Origin: a virus | Lineage: Duplodnaviria > Heunggongvirae > Uroviricota > Caudoviricetes | IMG/VR virus record: IMGVR_UViG_2651870364_000001 | Location: 1 to 64,000 of that record | DNA: 64,000 bases | Reading direction: 5' to 3' (one strand) | Shown: positions 19,671 to 29,217 of the stretch, one piece after another | How positions within the stretch are numbered: the stretch's first letter is position 1 | Layout of the letters: each line of letters starts with the position of its first letter | Made by a program: the position numbers and the translations under genes | Notes under the pieces: model-generated | The model's input: only the letters and a program-made list of their open reading frames with translations | Databases searched by the model: none | What the model was told of the DNA's origin: nothing

Positions 19671-21904
19671 TGACCTACCTCCATGTTATCCAGGTGGTAT
19701 ACTCGATCATGGACATCAGCCATACGTCCCTGGTTAGCACCATTCTTGGCAGTCCCTATATATCCGCAGACTCTAAATGCGATATCCATAGTAGAGCTAT
19801 CATCGTTTCCACATTGAGGACAAATCCATTTAAGAATGCCATTTTTGTCCTCAATAGGGATATCTCCAGAATAACCACACTTCTCGCAGTAACAAGACTT
19901 AGTGTTAATCTCAGCATACATGATGTGGTCATACATGAATGTGATAACCTGAAGTAGAGCATCTACATTGTTACTCATATTTGGTGTTTCAATATAGCTG
20001 ATTGCTCCTCCAGGAGAAAGAGCCTGGAATTTAGACTCGATAGCCAACTTATTAAAGGCATCAATCTTTTCAAATACTGGGATATGGTAACTATTAGTGA
20101 TATAGTTACGATCTGTAATACCCTCAATAACACCAAAACGGGTCTTTAGACACTTAGCAAATTTATAAGTGGTAGACTCAAGCGGTGTGCCATAAAGAGA
20201 ATAATCAATATTCTCCTCTTTCTTCCACTTATTACAAGCATCATTCATGTGCTGCATGATTGCTAAACCGAATCTTTCACCCTTGTCTCCATCACTATGA
20301 CTAGATCCAGTCATATACTTTACAGCCTCGTATAAGCCTGCATATCCAAGGGAAATAGTTGAATAACCACCATATAGCAATGGATCAATTACTGCTCCTT
20401 TTGGCAATCTAGCAAGTCCACCATGCCTCCAAAGAATTGGAGCGACATCAACAGATGTTCCCTTAAGCCGTTCGTGTCGCAAACGTAGAGCCTTATGGCA
20501 AAGCTTTAATCTTTCATCGAAAATATTCCAGAAGGTGTCTATATCTCCACCAGACGACAATGCTACATCAGCAAGATTAATGGTTACAACTCCTTGGTTG
20601 AAACGACCATAATACTTATGCTTGCCGTCATAGTTTTTCGCATTTGCCATATTACCCAATTTATCAGTAAAACGGTCGGGAGTGAGAAATGATCTGCATC
20701 CCATTGCGGGAAAAACATCATTCTTCAACTGTAACATGACTTTTTCGGAAATATAGTCGGGAACCAGCCTCTTCGAAGAGCACTCTGCTGCTAATCTAGT
20801 AAGATACCAATAAGGTGAATCTTCATGAATATTATCTTCCTCCAGGCAATAAATCAGCTTAGGAAAAGCAGGAGCTGTCCAAACACCCTCTTCATTCTTA
20901 ACACCCTTAATCCTCTGGTGAAGCATCTCCTCAATCAGGAGAGATAAATCCTTCTTTTCCTGCTCATTCTTTGCTTCATTCAAATACATAAAGACTGTAA
21001 TGAATGGAGCCTGACCATTGGTAGTCATAAGAGTAACCAGCTGATACTGAATGGTCTGAATGCCTTTTCTAACCTCTTCCATAAGTCTTTTTTCAGTGAT
21101 AGCTTCAACCTTGTGTTTTAGTTTTTTCTTAAACATCGGAAGTTTAAATATGGGGTTAGAGAATAAAACCTCTTCCTTGGTCTGACACTTGATCTTATCT
21201 CGACTCACCTGCACAAAAGGAGCCAAGTGAGCAAGAGAGATACTCTGTCCACCGTACTGCGATGAAGCTACCTGAGCAATGATTTGGGTTGCTACATTAC
21301 AAGCGGTAGAAAAGCTATGAGGCTTTTCTATCATCGTACCACTAATAACCGTACCATTCTGTAGCATATCCTCTAAGTTAATTAGATCGCAATTATGACT
21401 ATGCTGAATAAAATAATCAGCATCGTGAAAATGAATAATTCCTTCATTATGAGCCTGAATAATCTCAGGAGGAAGAGTTCTCTTTACAAAATCTGTTGAT
21501 ACAGCTCCGGCAATATAATCACGTTTAGTTGTATTCAACCCCGGATCCTTATTTGCGTTTTCGTCCTTCCAGTACTCATTTTGATCCTCAATCAAAGTAT
21601 TAATATCAGCATCTGTGCTGTTGTGAGTCTCGCGTTGGAAGGTGTGAATGGCTCGATAAGAATCATAAGCACGAGCGGTCAATTGCTGGTTCTTCTCGTT
21701 TAATTTATTATATACGTCCTCTTCGATATCATAGATAGATATCTCGTCCTGATCTCGGTATTTGGCAGCAATCTCATCTGCAATATCCTCTGCAATATTG
21801 GGACGTACTACACCCGATCCATTTGTCATCGCTTTCATTATTGCGTTAACAATACGTTCTCGATCAAACGGTTGTAGTGTCGCATCTCTTTTTACTACGT
21901 TCAT
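19667..21904 (-). CDS. nrdD: Anaerobic ribonucleoside-triphosphate reductase (class III RNR)
   Basis: 745 aa, with the C-terminal glycyl-radical motif (RVCGYIGT) and a Zn-ribbon (CEKCGY...CPQCG). Confidence 0.9.
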   Translation of the reverse strand: MNVVKRDATLQPFDRERIVNAIMKAMTNGSGVVRPNIAEDIADEIAAKYRDQDEISIYDIEEDVYNKLNEKNQQLTARAYDSYRAIHTFQRETHNSTDADINTLIEDQNEYWKDENANKDPGLNTTKRDYIAGAVSTDFVKRTLPPEIIQAHNEGIIHFHDADYFIQHSHNCDLINLEDMLQNGTVISGTMIEKPHSFSTACNVATQIIAQVASSQYGGQSISLAHLAPFVQVSRDKIKCQTKEEVLFSNPIFKLPMFKKKLKHKVEAITEKRLMEEVRKGIQTIQYQLVTLMTTNGQAPFITVFMYLNEAKNEQEKKDLSLLIEEMLHQRIKGVKNEEGVWTAPAFPKLIYCLEEDNIHEDSPYWYLTRLAAECSSKRLVPDYISEKVMLQLKNDVFPAMGCRSFLTPDRFTDKLGNMANAKNYDGKHKYYGRFNQGVVTINLADVALSSGGDIDTFWNIFDERLKLCHKALRLRHERLKGTSVDVAPILWRHGGLARLPKGAVIDPLLYGGYSTISLGYAGLYEAVKYMTGSSHSDGDKGERFGLAIMQHMNDACNKWKKEENIDYSLYGTPLESTTYKFAKCLKTRFGVIEGITDRNYITNSYHIPVFEKIDAFNKLAIESKFQALSPGGAISYIETPNMSNNVDALLQVITFMYDHIMYAEINTKSCYCEKCGYSGDIPIEDKNGILKWICPQCGNDDSSTMDIAFRVCGYIGTAKNGANQGRMADVHDRVYHLDNMEVGQ

Positions 21905-21917
21905 TTAATATCCTTTC

Positions 21918-22391
21918 CTAATTGTATAGCAGTTCCAAATAATACTCGTTCAAATAAGTGCAAGCTTCTGTAACATCTCTTTTAATCGCAGAACACATAG
22001 TTCTTTGCCATGGATGTAATTTTTCTGGATTATTTGCAATCCCGATGACAGGCAGATTACACTTATATGCAATTGCCAATTCAGCCATGGTTTCTAAGTC
22101 AGAATCATCTAAATTTACAAGCACATGAGTTGATTTGAACAAATAATATAGAACAATGTCCATGGTTTGCTTTTCAGTTATTGGAGCATCGAGTGTATCT
22201 ATAAGGTCAAGCACATTATTCGGATTAAAACACTGAGAACAAGGACATAATTGTCTTAATAAATCTTTTGCTTCAATCTTCCAGTTATTAGATTTATCAA
22301 AATCTTTTTCCCCAAAAGTTGATGTTTTCCCCGATAAATAGATACAAGGATGATCAACCACAATCATATTCTGCCTCCAGATGCAAGACAT
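21918..22391 (-). CDS. Nucleoside 2-deoxyribosyltransferase-like / dNMP N-hydrolase-like protein (tentative)
   Basis: Pattern YLSG...E...D...ELAIAY...PVIGI resembles the Rcl/DNPH1/NDT fold. Weak call. Confidence 0.35.
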   Translation of the reverse strand: MSCIWRQNMIVVDHPCIYLSGKTSTFGEKDFDKSNNWKIEAKDLLRQLCPCSQCFNPNNVLDLIDTLDAPITEKQTMDIVLYYLFKSTHVLVNLDDSDLETMAELAIAYKCNLPVIGIANNPEKLHPWQRTMCSAIKRDVTEACTYLNEYYLELLYN

Positions 22392-22933
22392 TTAATTCTA
22401 ACCGCTGGATAAGCTACAGAACCATTATTGTTAGTGATAGTAACATCAATTAAATCTTCGATATCTTTAAAATCCTTTTCATCGGCAGCAATTCTGCGAC
22501 TCACTTCTTCAGGCTCATCGCCTCTTGAGTGAAGTCTCATCCGTCTTGTTGACTCGCTTGCAGCAATATAAACGGATTTGAACGGAATTTCATTTTCCTC
22601 AAAGTATTTCTTTGCATCATGTAATCCTGCGGGAGTAAGGATAAGAACAATATTCTCTGCTTTTGCTTGTTCAACGCTGATTTTAGGACAGCCGTAATAC
22701 CAAACATCACCATTTGCAACGGTATAACTCTTATATTCAATCAAATTATCATTATCAATCAGATGTTTAAAAGCTTTGTTTGACACAAAGAAATATGGAT
22801 TACCCTGAGATTCATTTACTCTGGGTGGCCTCGTGGTTACAGTGATCCACTGTTTCCATTTATATTCCCTATGTAAAAAATCTGAAATAGAGGTTTTTCC
22901 GCTGGCTGTTTTGCCTAATAATACAATAACCAT
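22364..22933 (-). CDS. Guanylate kinase-like nucleoside monophosphate kinase
   Basis: Has a P-loop (LLGKTASGKTS) and a GMP-binding motif (TTRPPRVNESQGNPYFFVS). Confidence 0.65.
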   Translation of the reverse strand: MVIVLLGKTASGKTSISDFLHREYKWKQWITVTTRPPRVNESQGNPYFFVSNKAFKHLIDNDNLIEYKSYTVANGDVWYYGCPKISVEQAKAENIVLILTPAGLHDAKKYFEENEIPFKSVYIAASESTRRMRLHSRGDEPEEVSRRIAADEKDFKDIEDLIDVTITNNNGSVAYPAVRIKCLASGGRI

Positions 22934-23227
22934 AAGCTTTTAATCCTTTCTACTTTACTGTAATGGACTCCTGATGAAATACAGATTTCATAACCGAATT
23001 TGGGACGTTTTCGATGTATATAAACCTCATATGACTGCCAAAATCGACCTCTATAGCATCTTTAGACGATTGCCTGTATATACGATAATACGATTTTATA
23101 CCGAGCCGCCTACAGGCCTTAGAAATGCCTATATGGACAGCCTTCAAAACCTTGTCCCAAGTGGAAAATTCACCTATTACTTTTCGTTCCAAAGAAGTTT
23201 GGAAGCGACTACCATATGATATGCGCA

Positions 23228-23899
23228 TTACTGTTTACCTAACTTTCTACCGCATCCAAACTTTTCCGGACAATATCCAAGCACTTCACATTTTGGTTGT
23301 GAGAACATATCCATAAGAGTATTCCACTCTGAAGAATAGCATCTTAACTGTTTGTTCAACTCATGCATTATGTCTCGAAATTCCCATAATGCTCTGTTAC
23401 AAAGTCTTGTCTGCTCCATATCAATTAGCTGTCTTAGATTGGTTCGCCACACAATCTTAGTCTTCATTGCAAATGGTAATGGATAAGAAGCGTCTTCCTT
23501 CGGGATGCCTAATTCAGATAATGCTTTAACTCCATTAGCAATATAATCCATGATATCGTCATAGATTTTCAAAGCTTCCTCATTTGCTTTGATAGTTTTA
23601 GGAGTCACAAAAGTGAAATGCTCCTTTTCATAATTGATATATCTTGTAGATGCCTGCAGTCGTGTAGGACTTCCACCGATATGTGTATAAAATTCACGAA
23701 TGACTTTTGCTGAATAATCATCAATTACGGCGTATAACTGAGGAAATTCAAGTGTTCTTCCGTGGTTCGCTTTAAGACATTCAAGACCTCTTTTATAATT
23801 CTTCTCTGGGTCTGATGTATCACTTCCATAACAAATGCCGGCTTCATAACCGATTAAAGTGATTGGGTTTTGGGTCGTCTCATTTTGAATATAAATCAT
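23228..23899 (-). CDS. ThyX-family (flavin-dependent thymidylate synthase-like) protein with a divergent RHR motif
   Basis: Several ThyX signatures are present (HGRTLEF; REFYTHIGGSPTRLQASTRY where ThyX has RHR..S..RY; WRTNLRQL). The RHR motif is replaced by THI. Confidence 0.5.
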   Translation of the reverse strand: MIYIQNETTQNPITLIGYEAGICYGSDTSDPEKNYKRGLECLKANHGRTLEFPQLYAVIDDYSAKVIREFYTHIGGSPTRLQASTRYINYEKEHFTFVTPKTIKANEEALKIYDDIMDYIANGVKALSELGIPKEDASYPLPFAMKTKIVWRTNLRQLIDMEQTRLCNRALWEFRDIMHELNKQLRCYSSEWNTLMDMFSQPKCEVLGYCPEKFGCGRKLGKQ

Positions 23900-23941
23900 T
23901 TAAAACCTTTCTATTAAGCACAATTATCTTGATAAAATACG

Positions 23942-25861
23942 TTACTTTCCATCCTTCATTGCGATATATACCTCCTCATTGATGATTGGAACACCTAATG
24001 CTTTAGCTTTTATATTTTTACTGGATGAACTGTGAACATCGTTGTTGATTAGATAATCTACATGGCTAGTCACTCCACTTGCAACAGTACCACCATGAGC
24101 AGTGATATCATCAACTAAGGATGAACGATTAGCAAAATGGGCAAGCTTACCGGTAATGACAAAGGTCTTGTGAGCAATCGGACTTGTTGTCGGCGCTACA
24201 ATTAATGGCTTTACAAACTGAAGCTCATCGGCAATATCGAAGAGTTGAGTCACATTTTTCTCAAACCATTTGCTATATGATTCAGCACTTTTATTCTTCA
24301 GAACTTTTTTACTCATTGTAAGAGTCTGTTCTTTAAACTTTCGGATATCGTATCCGTAAAAATCAGCCAATGCTTTTGAAGCTTTTGAACCAATCAAAGG
24401 AATGTTTAATCCACAGATGAACTTATCTAAGGTGATCTTACGGCTCTCTTCAATTGCAGCTAATAGATTATTTACAGACGAAGTACCGAATCCTTGTTCA
24501 TTACACCATTCAGTCTTATGCTCTTGTAAATGGTAAAGATCTTTAATGCTTTTGACCCAACCCTTACTAGTTAGGAAATTAATTGTAGCCTCGCTCATTC
24601 CTACAATATTGGCGCATTTTTTACTACACCAATGAGCAATCCAACTTACAATCTTTCCAGGGCATGAATCATTTGGACAGAACAAGGTGCCGTTTCGATT
24701 AATTAACACATGTCCACATCTCGGGCATAATTCAGGACACGTATAAGAGTCGCTCTCATCGATACTACTCTCTAATGCAGGAATAATCATATTTGCCTTA
24801 TACACACGAACTCGATCACCAATACCTAACTTCTTTTCTTTGATGAAGTTGGCATTATGAAGAGTAATCTTCGTCACAATTGAGCCATCAATCTTAACAG
24901 GATCAATAATTCCAACCGGATTAACTGAACCGGATTTCGTTGTATCCCATTCAATGTCTCTTAATATTGTTTCGTATAATTCATCTTCCCATTTCAAAGC
25001 CTTACGGCATCTTTCATGATGTTCAGTAGCCCCTAATGAAACTGAAAGACTGGTAGAATCTAACTCAAAAATAATGCCATCCAACGGATAATCAGAAGTC
25101 TTTGGATTAATTGTATCCATAACCTCTTCATCAGAGGGATTTAGTCCAGTATGTGGAACAATCGTAAAACCAAGTCCACGGCAAACTTCCAGTTTTGATA
25201 GTTTGCTATCGCTTCCTCCGTCTGCAATGACTTCGAAAAGAACAAAATCAAGCTCCCTGTTCTTTATATACTTATCAGTTAAGGCTCTAATTGTTGCTGC
25301 AGCCAATCCTCTTGGATGTGAAAAATGTTCAGATTCTGTCTGAATAATCCGGTTAAACTCAGACCAGCGAACAACGCATTCTCCTCGTAATTCTAAAGGG
25401 GATGTTACATTAATATGCATTGGAAGATTTTTAATGTAATGACATGCTGCAGTAACATCTTCCCCTTCTTCTCCAGAACCTCTGGTCAATCCTTGAACAA
25501 AATCCCCATGTTCATCGTACTTTACAACTAAAGTTAATCCATCCAGTTTTGCTGAAGCATAAAAATCCTTGCCTGCAACAAAAGTACGAATATCATCCAT
25601 GGACTTTGTTTTGGCCGCTGATAGCATTGGCTTCGAATGTTTTACCTTTTTAAGCCCTGATAATAGAAAACCCTGAACTTTTCTTGTAGGAGAAGTTGGG
25701 TCCCAATAACCAGTTTTCTTCTCTAAGGCAACAGCTTCATCAAATAATTTGTCATACTCATAATCGGTTATGATTGGATTATCATTCTGATAATAAGAAT
25801 ATGAAGCCTTTTTTAGAGTATCAACTAATGATTGATATCTATTAATATCTGTTTCACTCAT
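23942..25861 (-). CDS. ligA: NAD-dependent DNA ligase
   Basis: Has the adenylation motif KLDG (ASAKLDGLT), a Zn finger (CPELCPRCGH...CPNDSC), HhH, and a C-terminal BRCT-like region. Length 639 aa. Confidence 0.85.
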   Translation of the reverse strand: MSETDINRYQSLVDTLKKASYSYYQNDNPIITDYEYDKLFDEAVALEKKTGYWDPTSPTRKVQGFLLSGLKKVKHSKPMLSAAKTKSMDDIRTFVAGKDFYASAKLDGLTLVVKYDEHGDFVQGLTRGSGEEGEDVTAACHYIKNLPMHINVTSPLELRGECVVRWSEFNRIIQTESEHFSHPRGLAAATIRALTDKYIKNRELDFVLFEVIADGGSDSKLSKLEVCRGLGFTIVPHTGLNPSDEEVMDTINPKTSDYPLDGIIFELDSTSLSVSLGATEHHERCRKALKWEDELYETILRDIEWDTTKSGSVNPVGIIDPVKIDGSIVTKITLHNANFIKEKKLGIGDRVRVYKANMIIPALESSIDESDSYTCPELCPRCGHVLINRNGTLFCPNDSCPGKIVSWIAHWCSKKCANIVGMSEATINFLTSKGWVKSIKDLYHLQEHKTEWCNEQGFGTSSVNNLLAAIEESRKITLDKFICGLNIPLIGSKASKALADFYGYDIRKFKEQTLTMSKKVLKNKSAESYSKWFEKNVTQLFDIADELQFVKPLIVAPTTSPIAHKTFVITGKLAHFANRSSLVDDITAHGGTVASGVTSHVDYLINNDVHSSSSKNIKAKALGVPIINEEVYIAMKDGK

Positions 25862-25876
25862 ACATCATCCTTTCCG

Positions 25877-26125
25877 TTATCTAAACCATTTAGTTAATGG
25901 TTCGATATCATTCTCATTGATTGTGTTTGCTATCAGCTTTGCACCGGTTGTTAAATCTAAGGCAAGTACGCCTAAGATGCTCTTGCCACTGCACATATAT
26001 CCACCCTTTTGGATATCAATATCGCAGTCACATTTGTTCGCTGCCTGGACAAATTCAACCATGTCCGAAGTGCTTACGCACTTAATCTGTCTTGTCATAA
26101 TTCTCCTTCCTACCAAGCTGTACAT
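25877..26125 (-). CDS. HPr-family phosphocarrier-like protein lacking the catalytic His (Crh-like)
   Basis: KSILGVLALDLTTGAKLIANTINENDIEPL aligns with HPr KSIMGVMSLGIAKGAEITISASGADE. The His15 site (GIHARPA) is replaced by STSDMVEF, while the Ser46-like residue (SGKS) is retained. Confidence 0.5.
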   Translation of the reverse strand: MYSLVGRRIMTRQIKCVSTSDMVEFVQAANKCDCDIDIQKGGYMCSGKSILGVLALDLTTGAKLIANTINENDIEPLTKWFR

Positions 26126-26877
26126 ACGTCTAATTGCATGTTATTAGAATAGATAAATGTTCCAGTGTCTACTACGACTCCCATTCCTAACGAGGTTGGT
26201 ACATGACTACCTCTAGGATGTATTGATAAATCTGCAGCACACATAACATAATCTCCTAACATCTTCACTCCATCATCTCGGATCCAGTACCGATCATTAT
26301 TACCCATACGTCTCATAATATTAATTACTCCTGACATATCAAGATTATAATAACTTTCTTTGCCGCTTGGACCAGTCACAACTCCGTTGCGTCGGTTCAA
26401 GACTTCACCGTTCCAAGAGTATTTTGGAGTTTTATCGATTTTCTTTTTCTTTTTCCCAATGTACTTTTTTTTCATGTAACCATGATGGTTATTTGTGCTT
26501 ATCTCCACCCATTCCGTGTCGGAATCAATGTATTTAACACGAGTATTAACATTAACCGTTATTATCTTTTCTGAACTAATCGAAGGCTTTTTTCGTAGAT
26601 TTACCCTTGTCTGAGTATACCCTTTTGAATATGATACTATATGTTTAGAAGAGGATACCGGCTCCGAAATGTTGGCGCTAATATTTAATTTCGACATCTT
26701 ATCAGACTCGATAAGAGCGTCCCCTACTATACTATTTAGTTCTTTAACAGCCCCTGCGTAAACGGTCGTTTCAACTTCTTCCGGATTATTTAATGATGTT
26801 GCCCCGCAAAAGGGGGCGACACCAACCGCTGTAGTAGCGGCAACCGTAAGAAGAATTTTTGCTGCTCGTTTCTGCAT
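26110..26877 (-). CDS. Secreted cell-wall-binding/hydrolase-like protein (SH3b-like plus 3D domain)
   Basis: Has a signal peptide. The C-terminal 3D-domain pattern shows conserved Asp residues (CAADLSIHPRGSH...VVVDTGTF...QLDVCTAW). The middle region is SH3b-like. Confidence 0.45.
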   Translation of the reverse strand: MQKRAAKILLTVAATTAVGVAPFCGATSLNNPEEVETTVYAGAVKELNSIVGDALIESDKMSKLNISANISEPVSSSKHIVSYSKGYTQTRVNLRKKPSISSEKIITVNVNTRVKYIDSDTEWVEISTNNHHGYMKKKYIGKKKKKIDKTPKYSWNGEVLNRRNGVVTGPSGKESYYNLDMSGVINIMRRMGNNDRYWIRDDGVKMLGDYVMCAADLSIHPRGSHVPTSLGMGVVVDTGTFIYSNNMQLDVCTAW

Positions 26878-26980
26878 AAATTCTCCTTCCCTTATAGGTG
26901 TGGAATATCAGATTTCACAAGTGAAACAGGTATTTCTGTTAACAATAATGATTATACCATTTAATTTTCACTTGTCAACA

Positions 26981-29215
26981 TTAAAAAACTAATGCAGGAT
27001 GACAAATATCGTGAATACAGGTTTGCAAGTGCGTCTGTTTCTTTGATACGTTTTCTCTGCTGATTGCATATCTAAGTGCCCCTGTTTGAGCAACTACGTC
27101 ACATTTCTTCTTAGCTCGTGAAATGGCGGTATATACCAGCTCTCTTGATAATAAAGAATAAGCCGAAAAATCGCAAGCGAATATCACATGATCATACTGA
27201 GAACCCTGCGACTTATGTACTGTAATTGCATAGCCTAAGTTAATTCCAGCCCAGTTAGCCCGGGGAATTTCCACCTCTCCTATTCCAACAAAGTCTACAA
27301 CCATTAAATCAGAGTCGATATAGGGGATAATGCCAATATTACCATTAAATATAGGTGTCTTTAAAGAATAACAATTCGCTGTATTAATAATCTTATCGCC
27401 TTCGCGCAAGATAAAATCTGTACCATTACTGTGATTAACAAATTCCTTCTTCTTTTCTGAGCTTGGGTTGTATAATTCCTGGATAGCATTATTAAGTAAA
27501 TTACAAGATGCCCCACCTCTCGATTTGATTGGGGAGATGACCTGTGTCTCAAGAATATTTATATTCTTATCCTGTAATGCTGTGCTCACAAGCTGCATAA
27601 CTGAATAATAAGTATTGCTCGCATCAGAAAATCCATGAATAACTAGATCCTGAAGCTCGCCTCTTACTTCTTCTCCTGCCCAATCTTTGGGGACTAACTG
27701 TTCACCATGCCTTACCTTGATACTCTCTGTAATAATACCTGACTTAGCAGCCTGACGATGGATTTCAGTTAATTCAACAACTGGGATCTCACCACAATGG
27801 ATTAAATCCCAAGCAATATTACCACATCCGATTGACTCTAACTGCCCGGTGTCACCTAATAAGATGACTTTTGAACCAGAAGGAATAGCCTGAAATAGAG
27901 ACCGGAACAAGAATGCATCCGGCATAGAAATCTCATCAACAATATAAATGTCATAGGGTAATTGATTCTCTTTATTGTATTCAAAACCCTCGTTATTAAA
28001 TCCAAGTAAACGATGAATTGTGGAACCTTCTTCTCCAGTAATTTCACTCATCCTCGCTGCAGCTCTACCAGATAATGCGGTTTGGATATAGGAATAATGC
28101 TTGCAATGTTCTAATAACGCTCTAACAAGGGTTGATTTACCGGTACCAGCAAGACCATGAATAATTGTTATATTGTTCTGCATTGCGGTATAAATACCAT
28201 CTCTCTGTGCTTTCGAATACTTCCATCCCTGAAGTCCTTCGAGACGGGTTAATGTATCCTCTAGACCATCTAAAGAGAAGTCACTCTTAGCATCTCTTAA
28301 TCGGATAACTTCTTCGGCAATAGACTGTTCTACATTCCGGTACTTTTTTAATCCGACTTCAGTCTCCTCATCATTAACCCAGAGCCTGTCCTTAATAGAT
28401 CTAAGCCCCATGGTAATAGCCTCGTCCGATAAATCTTCTCCCAGATTCTCTAGGATCCCACCTAATAATTCATCCGTTGTAATCCACGAACAGCCATTCT
28501 TACCAGCATCATCAAGATATTGTAGGATGTAAGCACCAATTCGTTTAGGATCATCCCTTTGAATACCGCCAGCTAAGGCAATTGCATCAGCTCTTGCCCA
28601 TCCGATTCCCTCAACATCACGGCATAATACATAAGGGTTATTCGTTACCATCTCAATGACTAACTCAGGGGAATTATTGTAGGCTTTCATTAGCCGTCTA
28701 ACCATCTTATTGGTCAAATTATAATCAGCAAGTTCAGTAAAAATCTTAGCCATACCGATATTATCTCTGAATTTAGCGACCATTTCAGCAGCCTTATAAG
28801 CTCCGATTCCTTTGACCTTACATAAATTGTCAACAGCATTAACTTCAAGAGTGGCATATGGATCCGGTAATACTTCATACATATGCTCGACCTGAAGAGG
28901 TGTAAATAACGTCTCCAAGAACTTCCTTTTTGATGCCTCATCAGAGGCACCAATAGGAATGGCAGCATACATTGATATGATTTTATACTGAGGCCCAAAT
29001 TTTGGATGCTCTGTATAATCCGCTTTAATTTTAACAATTTGTCCTACTTCAGGTGTAGCCATATTCCCTGTAAAGACAACATTGCGATTGGTTCCAATTG
29101 TTTGTAAATCGCCAGATTCAATATTATCAATAGAGCATTCGATAATTCCAAAATTATCTTTAAAAAATCGTACTCGCTCTATAGAAGCCATAACCTGGAT
29201 TCTTCCTTTTTCCAT
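26981..29215 (-). CDS. RecD2-like ATP-dependent DNA helicase
   Basis: Has Walker A (HGLAGTGKST), SGRAAARM, a Walker B-like motif (YIVDEISM) and LLGDTGQLESIG. Length 744 aa. Confidence 0.8.
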   Translation of the reverse strand: MEKGRIQVMASIERVRFFKDNFGIIECSIDNIESGDLQTIGTNRNVVFTGNMATPEVGQIVKIKADYTEHPKFGPQYKIISMYAAIPIGASDEASKRKFLETLFTPLQVEHMYEVLPDPYATLEVNAVDNLCKVKGIGAYKAAEMVAKFRDNIGMAKIFTELADYNLTNKMVRRLMKAYNNSPELVIEMVTNNPYVLCRDVEGIGWARADAIALAGGIQRDDPKRIGAYILQYLDDAGKNGCSWITTDELLGGILENLGEDLSDEAITMGLRSIKDRLWVNDEETEVGLKKYRNVEQSIAEEVIRLRDAKSDFSLDGLEDTLTRLEGLQGWKYSKAQRDGIYTAMQNNITIIHGLAGTGKSTLVRALLEHCKHYSYIQTALSGRAAARMSEITGEEGSTIHRLLGFNNEGFEYNKENQLPYDIYIVDEISMPDAFLFRSLFQAIPSGSKVILLGDTGQLESIGCGNIAWDLIHCGEIPVVELTEIHRQAAKSGIITESIKVRHGEQLVPKDWAGEEVRGELQDLVIHGFSDASNTYYSVMQLVSTALQDKNINILETQVISPIKSRGGASCNLLNNAIQELYNPSSEKKKEFVNHSNGTDFILREGDKIINTANCYSLKTPIFNGNIGIIPYIDSDLMVVDFVGIGEVEIPRANWAGINLGYAITVHKSQGSQYDHVIFACDFSAYSLLSRELVYTAISRAKKKCDVVAQTGALRYAISRENVSKKQTHLQTCIHDICHPALVF

Positions 29216-29217
29216 TT

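Noticed and set aside
19667-21904. Intein or intron in nrdD
   Set aside because: The ORF is the normal length (745 aa) with a contiguous glycyl-radical domain. No extra insertion is evident.
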